A stretch of 64,000 bases of DNA from Octopus vulgaris (Eukaryota): the NCBI GenBank assembly GCA_951406725.2, contig OX597831.1, forward strand, positions 80,228,001 to 80,292,000, given 5' to 3'. Of this stretch, positions 13,571-25,083 are shown in pieces. The notes beneath the pieces are model-generated. The model was not told the DNA's origin and ran no database searches. It saw only the letters and a program-made list of their open reading frames with translations. Position 1 is the stretch's first letter, and each line of letters begins with the position of its first letter. The position numbers and the translations under genes are program-made.

Positions 13571-13970
13571 ATGGAGGCGCAATGGACCAGTGGTTAGGGC
13601 AGCGGACTCGCAGTTGTAGGATCGCGGTTTCAATTCCCTACGCATTCCAACCACACCATCCCACCCCACCGCATCTCTTACACCCCACTCCCACATACAC
13701 CATCCTTACCCCCACCCTCACCCTAACCCACACCACACCCTTGCTTCCCCCACTCTCGCCTCCCCCACACCTCAACACAACCACAACCACACCACACACC
13801 ACCACTCCACACACCACCACTCCACACACCACCACTCCACACACCACTATACCATACCACATCACACCACCCCGGGGTAGCGTCATTTGAAGGTTAAAAC
13901 AATGCGAAGCGCATTGTGACTAGCGATGTGTAGCAACATCTGATAGCCTGGTCGGTCACGGTGACGGTGA
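13571..13970 (+). mobile_element. SINE group C with its middle replaced by foreign C/A-rich sequence
   Basis: Head at 13571-13640 and tail at 13871-13970 match 20618-20929; 13643-13780 matches 12310-12450. Confidence 0.75.
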
Positions 13971-14802
13971 CATATATATATATATATATACCGGAGTAAA
14001 TACATAAATGTGAAACAAGGTGGAAAAAAGAGTACTCAAATACCAGTGGTAGAGTAATATGCTTTATTTAAAGCAGCAGAAAATTCAGAATTTATATATA
14101 TATATATATATACATGATTGTATTATCATGCATATGTATGTATATATACGAACATGTATGCACATGTATACACATGTATGCACACGTATACACATCAACA
14201 ACGGAATAGAAGAACAAGTGCTCAACACAAGTGCTAACGTCCCTACGTTAGATAAACAATTTTTAATTGAATTTATAATATCTATCAAGAACCCACGGTT
14301 TCATGCTGAAGAAGTCCAACAAATGATATTCTACATGTGTCGGTGATGTCAGTTACATGCTGGAGTATAATTTATGATTTGAATCTTACTTGAATCTTGG
14401 TTTCTCTCAGCATGAAACATTGGGCTCCAGAAACCTAAAGTAAATTCTATGGGAAAGTGTGAGGTGTTTATGTGTGCGCGCGTGTGTATGTGTGTGTCTG
14501 TGCCTGAGTTTGTATGTGTGTTTGCGTGTGTGTTTATATTTATATGTATTTATGCGTGTATGTACGTACGTTTATCTTATTGTACAAAAGTTTTTCTCAA
14601 TACTTTTTAGTAGAGAAAATCTTTCTTAACTGTTACAAGAAAACAGTTGATAACGACTTGGACATTTCGACCTTCCCCGACGTCATTGGACTATGATGAC
14701 GGTGGGCGAGCTGAAATTTCAAAACCGCTGCCAACCTTTTTCTTGCAAAAACACACGCACACATACATTTATACGTGTATATCGATAGATAAAACTCTAT
14801 AC

Positions 14803-14862
<60 letters not shown>

Positions 14863-14865
<3 letters not shown>

Positions 14866-15050
14866 ATGATAGATCGTTTGATCCTGCACGCATTTTTTTC
14901 TCTCCTTGTTTTTTTCTGTGTATCTTTCTGTTGAAGAGCGTAGGCTCGAAACGTAAAAGACTTTTTCTATTCCTGAGCGCTATACTAATACATTTGTTTG
15001 TTTGTACTCCACCTGCCTTCGTCTTTTGTTTATTTTCGTAAACTTTCCCG

Positions 15051-15052
<2 letters not shown>
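14863..15052 (+). mobile_element. ~190-bp Penelope/retrozyme-like element, family HH-a
   Basis: Flanked by (TA)n on both sides; 4 copies in window. Confidence 0.75.
14923..14960 (+). ncRNA. Minimal hammerhead motif, CUGUUGA core variant
   Basis: TCTTT-CTGTTGA-A-GAGC(GTAG)GCTC-GAAAC-GTA-AAAGA; 5-bp stem I, GUA triplet. Confidence 0.7.
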
Positions 15053-15107
<55 letters not shown>

Positions 15108-15110
15108 TAA

Positions 15111-15170
<60 letters not shown>

Positions 15171-15908
15171 ATGTCTTGCAAACAACTTGCACATGCAAGT
15201 GCTACCAGTTAAAAGCTCCGTATACCGGAAGCTAGCAAGTGTATGGGGTCATCAGGAGAGAATGCGCGCCGTTTCAGGGCCTACCTCTCGACGGCATCAA
15301 TGCGCACCGGCCCCCCTCACTGATATGAGGCCCCGCTTGCTAGATCAGCTGGTTATGAAGAACTCAATATACTTCTAACCATCGCTCATCGTCTCTTTTT
15401 AACCAAATCCAGTGGCTGGCCTTCTCCACTGTAGATTGGATATCAGTCATGGTGGTATTGACTTTACGATGAGTTAAGCCTAGCGATAACAACAGTCGTC
15501 TCACGCTGTGTCCAACAAACCCTCTACATCCGACTTCGATAGGAAAATGTTCCGCTCTCCAGCTTGCGTCTTCACATTCCTCGAGGAGATTTTCATAACG
15601 GTTCAATTTTCGAGCCCGAGCGTCGTCCATATTATCTTCATGAGAAACCGTTAGCTCGACTATATTTACAACTTTCTTTCTTTCACACCACATCAAAATA
15701 TCTGGTTTTTTCGAAACTGGATGGGAAAAAAAACCTGGCACCCAGGTAAATCTGCAGTTACCTCCCGATAGCCGTTCCACTTTTCATTTTTCTCAGGAAG
15801 TTTCTTGATCTTCTTCTTGAAACGGATCCGCTGACCTGGTCGCACGAAGGTAATGAAATCTCTTGATGGTACTTTTAACGGTTTTTCCTCAGTGTTGTTG
15901 AGATGAAT
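15171..15908 (-). mobile_element. 5'-truncated RLE-type non-LTR retrotransposon (HERO/NeSL-like) in (CTA)n
   Basis: ORF 15364-15780: KPDILMW..VNIVELTVSHED..RKLNRYENL..FPIEVGCRGF, a PD-(D/E)xK restriction-like endonuclease; (TAG)n on both flanks; 3' UTR hairpin ACTTGCA/TGCAAGT at 15185-15200. Confidence 0.85.
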
Positions 15909-15914
15909 ATATAT

Positions 15915-15982
<68 letters not shown>

Positions 15983-16566
15983 AGTTACTGTTTTCAGCGC
16001 TATACATCGGTATTGTGAGATGGATAGACAGACAGACAGGCAGACAGTCAGAGTAATATTTTCTCACCAATACCACAACTGTTATTGATATCTCTAATAG
16101 AATTAAGTAGAGAAATTTTTTTTTTCCAATTCCAAGATCAGAGGAAGTTTGCTCCTATCACAGACAGGTAGACCCTAAGAACTACAAACACCGGTATTAA
16201 AATTATTTCGCTCTAAGTCCACCTTGTCAGTACGATTCAATCAAACAATACACACTAAGTTTCCGGTGAAATTCCCGCCATAGTTTACCAACTCATTTTA
16301 ATGGACGGCCATTTTGTTATTTTTAGCTCCTCTTTTCTTTGGTGTTCGGTGTTGAGAATAGCAAAAACACATAAAAAAAATTCCTGTATCCTTTCGTTTT
16401 CTGATAATTGCTTCCTTGTCGACTTTCTATGTTCTGGTTTTCGGAGAAATGTCCATATGTCTTGGGGAAGGAATGTTTATCGGTCGACTTAAAGGATGTG
16501 CATCTATTTCTTACACATATTCAATGTATCACATCTTAGCTCTGTCCCCTTTTTCTCGCTTCATTA

Positions 16567-16613
<47 letters not shown>

Positions 16614-16767
16614 CTCTTTTCTTTTCTATATATCTTTCGCCATCTCTATTTCTCTCTCCCTCTAATTCCATCTCGAACTTTCTCATTTCTTATCTATCTT
16701 TTCCGCCTCTCTCTCACACATATCTCTCTCGACCTCACTCATCTTATCTTCCACGTTGTCTCTCTCT

Positions 16768-16811
<44 letters not shown>

Positions 16812-16974
16812 GATTCAGTCTCTCTTATATTTACCAATTCCTTAATCTTTCCACTTTTAATTTTCAAAGACTTCTCTGCGAATTTCTTAGACTTATTCGT
16901 TTATTTACCTTTTGTCCCAAATTATCAATCACCTCTTATAAGTAGTTTCTAACTATTTCATTGATTTTCTCTTT

Positions 16975-17282
16975 TACATACATACACACATACATACATA
17001 CATACATGCATACATGCATACATACATGCATACATACATACATACATACATACATACATACATACATACATACATACATACATACATACATACATACATA
17101 CATACATACATACATACATACATACATACATACATACATACATACATACATACATACATACATACATACATACATACATACATACATACATACATACATA
17201 CATGCATACATACATACATACATACATACACACACACATACATACATACATACATACATACACACATACATACATACATACA

Positions 17283-17314
<32 letters not shown>

Positions 17315-17460
17315 CATACATACATACATACATACATACATACACACATACATACATACATACATACATACAAACATACATACATACAAACATACATACA
17401 TACATACATACATACATACATACATACATACATACATACATACATACATACATACATACA

Positions 17461-17491
<31 letters not shown>

Positions 17492-17596
17492 CAAACATAC
17501 ATACATACATACATACATACATACATACATACATACATACATACATACATACATACATACATACATACATACATACATACATACATACATACATAC
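16975..17596. repeat. (TACA)n tetranucleotide microsatellite
   Basis: Directly visible; similar arrays at 9040-9220, 19325-19685, 29360-29640 and 62665-63235. Confidence 0.95.
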
Positions 17597-17923
17597 GTGC
17601 ATTCAATAATAGTTTCCAATCATACTTTCGGCCATATTTGACCTTACTTATTTTTGGTACATCGACGATTCACATCCATTAAAAGATACAAAGTCATCTT
17701 TCCAGAAGTCGATGTTATCTTACTTTTTCGTTAGCGAATTAAATTTGACTTAAATTGAATGAAGTATACGATATAATCATTAAACACATATAATTTTATT
17801 TCACTTACGTTTACATTTAACTAAAAACTCTTTACTATTCGATTTCATCTCTACAGTCACTAATATTGGTAAACAGCTGTTATTTCGATATCGCTGGTGC
17901 TCGTCAGTATCAAGTAACTAAGG

Positions 17924-18247
17924 CAGTGGTTCTTAACCGGGCTCCTTATGGTGGTTCATATAAGATTTTGGGGGCTCCACTCAACAAAATAGTGATTTGG
18001 TGATTTACAATAGTATTTTAAGGGCCTCTGAAAAATTTTTGCTTTAGTATATAATGCAAGAAACAGCTAGGTTTCTAACATTTTACATAGTTCAACCTAC
18101 ACAAGTTAATGCGTGGAAAACAAGATAGGAATTGTGAAAGCAGAATCTATAGGACTAGTTTTAAAACATCAAATGGCGACGGGGGTCCTTCAGAATAAAA
18201 TAATAATCAAAGGGGTCCTTTAGTAAAGAAATGGTTCAGAACCCCTG
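17924..18247. mobile_element. hAT (Charlie/Buster-type) MITE
   Basis: TIRs CAGTGGTTCTTAACC / GGTTCAGAACCCCTG; perfect 8-bp TSD AACTAAGG at 17916-17923 and 18248-18255 with central TA. Confidence 0.9.
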
Positions 18248-18457
18248 AACTAAGGTTTTCTTAAGTAGACTATATCATTTCATTGTGGGAGACGCGCGGA
18301 AGTGTGTTTGGGAGAAAGAGAAAGGAGAAAACAGTCCGACAAAGATAAAGTATTTCAGTACGAGAAATATTTTTCAGCAATTTTCTCTTTGTGTGTTTAT
18401 CTATCTTTCTAATTTGTATATATATACATACTTTCATACATACATATGGATGTCAGA

Positions 18458-18519
<62 letters not shown>

Positions 18520-18534
18520 TTATATATATATATA

Positions 18535-18651
<117 letters not shown>

Positions 18652-18880
18652 TCATATTCATATACATATCATATACATATCGATAGATAGATAGATAGAT
18701 AGAAGAAAGGCTGAGTATTTTTTCCTAATATGTAGTAATTCAACCGTTGTAATTACCAAAACATGTAAACTAAATAAACCTTTAGCGCCTCCCAACAACA
18801 AACTCAAAATAACAGTTTTTACGAACTCCACCACAAACAACAGCCATACAATAGCAATACAACAACCACAACTCGTATAA

Positions 18881-18921
<41 letters not shown>

Positions 18922-19005
18922 GGTACATTCCCAACATCAAACATAAAATACATAATTGACATGTGTGTGTCTGCATATTCATACGTACATACATTTATAT
19001 ATATG

Positions 19006-19058
<53 letters not shown>

Positions 19059-19305
19059 GTATATATATATGTGTGTATATATATGTGTGTATATATATGT
19101 GTATATATATATGTATATATGTATATATATATGTATATATGTATACATATATATGTATATATATATATATACATACAAACATACAAACATACATACCTAT
19201 GTATGTATGTTTATATATATAATTTATACACATGTGTGTACTTGTTTTATACACACCCCCACACACACATATGCACATATATATTACGTTGACGTGTACA
19301 CATAC

Positions 19306-19353
<48 letters not shown>

Positions 19354-20367
19354 GTGTGTGTATGTATGTATGTATGTGTGTATGTATGTATGTATGTATG
19401 TATGTGTGTATGTATGTATGTATGTATGTGTGTATGTATGTATGTATGTATGTGTGTATGTATGTATGTATGTATGTATGTATGTATGTGTGTATGTATG
19501 TATGTATGTATATGTGTGTGTATGTATGTATTGTATGTATGTGTATGTATGTATGTATGTATGTATGTATGTATGTGTGTATGTATGTATGTATGTATGT
19601 ATGTATGTATGTATGTATGTATGTATGTGTGTATGTATGTATGTATGTATGTATGTATGTATGTATGTATGTATGTGTGTATGTATTTGATCAATGGTTT
19701 TCAATCTATCTGCTCATTCTTTTCCCTTTCGTTTTCTGTTGTTTTCGTTTAACAATGATAATTTGTTTTGTAGTAAAAGGAAACCGGTTAAAATGGCGGC
19801 TGAGGAAAGGAGAAAGGGGGAGGGGGGAAATGGACACCGGAAGTGAGATTTGTTCATCGTCTGCGTCAGTAGCTGAAGAATGTTTTTAGTTTGTGTCGAC
19901 ATGGTACGACATTGGAATCAAAGGAAGAGGAACCAGCAGACAACATCATCCTCTCACGAAGAATTACGTTCAGAGAATATTTGCATGCGTAATGTGTGTG
20001 CGTGTGTGTGTGTGTGTGCGTGTGTGTGTGTGTGTGTGTGCGTGTGTGTGTGTGTGGGAAAAGATATATATTTGCATGAAGTTTCGTTTGTGTCTTGATA
20101 CCTGTATGGGTTTGTGAAAGCGTGTGCCAACGTAAAAATATGTGTATGTATGGAGTATGTATTCGTGTGTGTGTATGTGTATGTGTGTCTGTGTGTATCT
20201 AAGAGAATGTGTGTGTATGAAGTGAACGGAGTTTTTTTCTTTATATCTCCAGCCGTTTCTGCATGCTTCTTTCATTTCTCTATCCATCCATCTGCCTGCC
20301 TGTCAGTCAGTCTCTCTATCTATCTGTCTATCTATCTATTTCTATCTCTATCCCCTCCCCTCTCTCT

Positions 20368-20597
<230 letters not shown>

Positions 20598-20617
20598 CAT
20601 ATATATATATATATATA

Positions 20618-20929
20618 TCACCGTGATCACCGTGACCGACCAGGCTATCAGATGTTGCTACACATCGCTGGTCATTTTGCGCTTTTGCATTGTTTTAGCT
20701 TTCAAATGACGCCACCCCGCTGGCTAAGCGAGCAGGCCAACAGAAGAAAGGGTGAGAGAAAGTTGCGGCGAAAGAGTACAGCAAGGGTCGCCACCATCCC
20801 CTGCCGTAGCCGCGTGGAGCTTTAGGTGCTTTCGCTCAATAAACACTCACAACGCCCGGTCTGGGAATAGAAACCGTGATCCTACGACAGCGAGTCCGCT
20901 GCCCTAACCACTGGGCCATTGTGCCTCCA
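20618..20929 (-). mobile_element. SINE group C full length, tail type 3
   Basis: Minus strand head TGGAGGCACAATGGCCCAGTGGTTAGGGCAGCGGACTCGC..; tail ..CCTGGTCGGTCACGGTGATCACGGTGA followed by (TA)n. Confidence 0.85.
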
Positions 20930-21023
20930 CACACACACACACACATACACATGGGTCGATTTGCTCGACTAAAGGCGGTGCTCCAGCATGGCCGCAGTCA
21001 AATGACTGAAACAAGTAAAAAAG

Positions 21024-21065
<42 letters not shown>

Positions 21066-21067
<2 letters not shown>

Positions 21068-21505
21068 AAAATCAACCTTGAACGTTGGGTTGAGTTCCTA
21101 TCGAGTGTTGTGCCTCGCGGAGGCAAGGTGACTGAGTTCCTTTCGAGTGCTGGGATCCATGGGGGAAAATTGCTCCTTTGCTCCATGGGGATAAAGAGTT
21201 CCTTTCGAGTGTTGAGCCTTACGAAACCAATGACCAAGATCCTTGTCATCATGTCTTGGTTGAGAATAACACCCATGAAGCCGAGCAAAATCGCAGTTGT
21301 GGCAGATAATGGTGTCGCGCAAATGGCACCCATACCTGTGGCACGTAAAAGTACCCATTACACTCTCGGAGTGGGTGGAGTTAAGAAGAGCATCCAGCTG
21401 TAGAGAAATATGCCAAATCAGACTGGAACATGGCGCAGCCTTCCTGCGTGCTAGCCCAGTCGAACCGTCCAACCCATGGACAACGGACGTTAAATGATGA
21501 TAATG
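21066..21505 (+). mobile_element. RTE-tailed SINE-like repeat (family D)
   Basis: Three internal GAGTTCCT(T/A)TCGAGTG subrepeats; 3' end AACCGTCCAACCCATG..CGGACGTTAAATGATGAT is shared with 33893-34197. The RTE link is inferred from the (GAT)n-type tail. Confidence 0.65.
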
Positions 21506-21557
21506 ATATACATACATATTGATATTAATGGAGAGATAGATAGATAGACAGACAGAG

Positions 21558-21636
<79 letters not shown>

Positions 21637-21677
21637 AAGCAGACAAACAGATAGATATATAAATTAGAAGAGCATCG

Positions 21678-21822
21678 ACGCAGTTTCCGTCTACCAAATT
21701 CACTAACAAAACAATTGATCGGCCTGAGATGTTATAATATAGAGACATGTGCCGAAACTGCCATGCAGTGGGATTGAAACCGGCACTAAGCGATTGGAAA
21801 ACGCGCTTCTTAACCGCACAGT
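21678..21822 (-). mobile_element. Degenerate SINE family B 5' part
   Basis: CAGTTTCCGTCTACCAAATTCACT..TGCCATGCAGTGGGATTGAAAC. Confidence 0.7.
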
Positions 21823-22448
21823 GAAGGATCCACCACAATACCGATTTTTTTTGTCTTTCATAAATATTTCTATATTTATTCATTTGTTTGTTTTCTGTCT
21901 TCGTTTTGCTCCTCTTTCTTTTCTCTTTCTTATTTTCTTCTTCACTCGTTTGATTAAAATTCGTTTCCTCTCTTAAATTTATAAATTTCTTTTTATGTTA
22001 TTTGCAGAGGAAACAGTAGGCATTTTTTTTTTATTTGTTTACTTTACCGATTTCCAATCGGATATCGATATTTTCCTCCACAGTGAATATTTTGATACGC
22101 ATCAATAGTTTCCTATTCTGTTGATACGCGTGACGTCACTTCCGCTCATGCTCAGATCTTTGTAGAATGACCAAGAAAAATATAAATCGCTTTACTAACA
22201 ACAAAACTTTCTCGTTTCTCCAAGTTTTTTCACAAGAATGTTTTATTTTTATTTTCTTATATAATTTCTTTATTTCATTCTTTATTTCTTTCTAGCTTTC
22301 CGCATGCCAACTTATTCAGTCAATTACTCTCTCTCTCTCTCTCTCCCTCCCTTCTACCCCTTTCTCTTCCTCTTTTTCTCCCTGTCTTCCTCTCCCTATC
22401 TATCTATCTAGCTAGCTATCGATATACATACATACATATATATGTATG

Positions 22449-22511
<63 letters not shown>

Positions 22512-22899
22512 TAATTCAGTGAGTGGTACGGGTAAAATGCTGTCTACACATGTAGGCTACGTAACTTCGATATGGTAAAAAGTGTGTAACATTCGATGCC
22601 AATAAACTGTAATTGTATCTTATCGAATACTGTCCACTTTTTGGTCTCTATATCTGCCCCAGACTGCTCGAAGCATACAAACTTGGATCCCTGGATCTTA
22701 ACCTCATATATATATAGTAGCAACAGAAAAGAGAAATTTCGATTATCCCCACCTGGTGGGTTGTAATGTATATAAGAAATTAAAAAAGGAAAATACCCAC
22801 GCTTACATAGTTTTAATATAAATTTTACTATATCGACTGGTTTCCCTATTGCTATTCATGATATTATGCTTTACTTATTTGAATATTTATCTTTTCTTA

Positions 22900-23001
<102 letters not shown>

Positions 23002-23216
23002 TGTGTGTGTGTGTGTGTGTTTAAGGAGTCTAGTGCTCTTAGCTTAGAATTTGGGGGGCCAGATTGGAGTAGTCTCGAGTGTAACCGGCCGAAACTGCAA
23101 AGATGATCTGAAACTCGACTGACGATACGAAGCTCGGAATGACCTGTCCTTTTTTTTCCTGTCCTAACATTCCGGATGTTTTGTTGTCTTGTGTTACCTT
23201 CTATTGTTTTGCTTTC

Positions 23217-23263
<47 letters not shown>

Positions 23264-23371
23264 TATAATTTTAACCGTAAATGTATTTTAATATGCTGCC
23301 ACATTTTTTGATGGAATTTTTTTTCTGTAAAAAATAACTTCATCCTATATTAGTAGTATATATATATATAT

Positions 23372-23553
23372 AGGGAGAATTCACAAAAAAAAAAACAAAA
23401 GACGAAGACAAGTGGTGTAGACAACAAACAGATGTATTAGTTTAACGCTCGGGAAGTGAAAAAAGGCTTTAACGTTTCGAGCCTACGCTCTTCCACAGAA
23501 AGAAACAAGGAGAGAAAATAAAGAATGTGTAGTGGCTAGCAGTCTATCATGGC
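23372..23553 (-). mobile_element. HH-a element (hammerhead at 23467-23502)
   Basis: Minus strand CTTT-CTGTGGA-A-GAGC(GTAG)GCTC-GAAAC-GTT-AAAG; aligns with 14863-15052. Confidence 0.75.
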
Positions 23554-23564
23554 ATATATACATG

Positions 23565-23757
23565 CTGAATTCAAACAAAGAAGAACAAACATAAAAAAGC
23601 AACAACGCCAAGACGTGGTACAAGTAATAAATTAGCAGACGGTCAGGAAAGGAAAGAAAGAGGTTTTAACGTTTCGAGCTGAGGTCTTTTTCAGAAATAG
23701 AGGAAAGTTCAAAAGAAAGGAAGACGGAGGAAGAAAATTGCCAATGATTCACATGTG

Positions 23758-23760
<3 letters not shown>
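23565..23760 (-). mobile_element. HH-b element (degenerate hammerhead at 23664-23698)
   Basis: Minus strand ATTT-CTGAAAA-A-GACC(TCA)GCTC-GAAAC-GTT-AAAA; aligns with 906-1106. Confidence 0.7.
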
Positions 23761-23824
<64 letters not shown>

Positions 23825-23960
23825 TCTTTTTTGCGGGAAATATTTTGAGTAAGCAAATAAAGTTCCTATTCCATTATGCCGGCCACAGTTTAACGATGTT
23901 GACTGGTGAAGCAGTTTTAGCTGGTTGCATCGAGTTATAGATATAATGTAGGATAAATAG

Positions 23961-24366
23961 AGTAATAATAACAACAAGCCCTGGAAGGAATTTATAAACC
24001 TTTATTAAATGCATCGCTAAGCACGTTTCCACAAATCACATGTCTCTTAATATCACAGTTCGTATTCCTGAAATGATTACAGTGTAGTCCATAGTATCCT
24101 GGGGTATCGGGTTGGAAAATCTTCATGGATACATTTCTTCAGGCGATATAACATTAATGGATGTTTACCCATTTTGGCCAGTGGTTGAGTTATATCGCCT
24201 GAAGAAATGAATCCATGAAAGTGATCTACCCCACAGATACTACGGACTACAGTGTAATTATCCCAGGAATACCGACTGTGATCATAACAGACGTGTGAAG
24301 CGTGAAAACGCGCGTAACGATGCATTAAATGTTTATATATTCCATCCAAGGATTATTGTTATTACT
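23961..24366. repeat. ~400-bp diverged palindrome; each arm holds an outward-facing hammerhead-like motif with long stem II
   Basis: Inner arms 24122-24152 and 24189-24219 are complementary at 30 of 31 positions; similarity continues to the outer ends; 36-nt spacer. Confidence 0.8.
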
Positions 24367-24384
24367 ATGTGTGTGTGTGTATGT

Positions 24385-24575
24385 AACCAGATGTAGATCG
24401 ATTGCAATCTTTTCCCTCCGTCTTACTTTTATCTTGGACATTCCTCCGTCTCCTACTTCAGACGAAGAGCTTTGTTCGAAACGTAAAACCACCTTTCTTT
24501 CCTTCCTTGAGCGTCCATTAATACTTTGCATGTACCACGCTCTCACGCTGTTTTTTTTTTTCTTGTTGTGATTTT
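24385..24575 (+). mobile_element. HH-b element (degenerate hammerhead at 24455-24489)
   Basis: CAGACGA-A-GAGC(TTT)GTTC-GAAAC-GTA-AAAC; aligns with 9397-9596. Confidence 0.7.
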
Positions 24576-24797
24576 TTATTTACCATGTATATATTTTTCC
24601 CGTTTCCCGTTTGTCCCTTTGTCGTCTTTCTGTACAACTTTTTACTCTCTGATCGACGTTGCTCGGACAGAGGCAACAAGTGTGGCACACGCGCCAGTTG
24701 CCGAAGTGATCGCAATGCAGCGTGAAATGAGGTGTTTTGCGGGAGAACATAACGCTCTACCGGGTCCAGGAACAGAGACACGATCTTACTATCGTCA

Positions 24798-24973
24798 TTC
24801 TTTTCTACTCTAGGCACAATGCTGGATATTTTGGGGAAAAGGGGGGGGCAGTCGATTACATCGACCCCATCACGCAATTGGTACTTAATTCATCGATCCC
24901 AAAATGATAAAAGGCAAAGCCGTCCTCGCCGGCATTTGAACTCAGTACGTAAAGACAGACGAAATACCGCTAA
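24798..24973 (-). mobile_element. SINE family A fragment
   Basis: GTCGATTACATCGACCCC..GGTACTTAATT..AAAGGCAAAG..TTTGAACTCAG. Confidence 0.8.
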
Positions 24974-25083
24974 TAAAGTAAACTATACCCCCTCACACAC
25001 ACACATATGTATATATATATATATTATATGCATGTAGAAATATTTATATATGTATGTATGGAGATATATATATATATATATAA

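Noticed and set aside
13571-13640. tRNA gene candidates (also 7690-7762, 20860-20929, 27897-27965)
   Set aside because: A/B boxes are present, but I found no complete cloverleaf and most continue into SINE bodies.
21085-21215. CRISPR-like spaced repeats GAGTTCCTTTCGAGTG
   Set aside because: Only three short units with uneven spacing, eukaryotic context, no cas genes; internal subrepeats of a retroposon.
20876-21403. 175-aa ORF, and similar ORFs at 1211, 8111, 41913-42576 and 60538-61365
   Set aside because: They read through SINE copies and simple repeats.
24077-24349. Protein-looking 90-aa minus-strand ORF (MDGIYKHLMHRYARFH..)
   Set aside because: It lies wholly within the 400-bp palindrome and is better explained as a non-coding inverted repeat.
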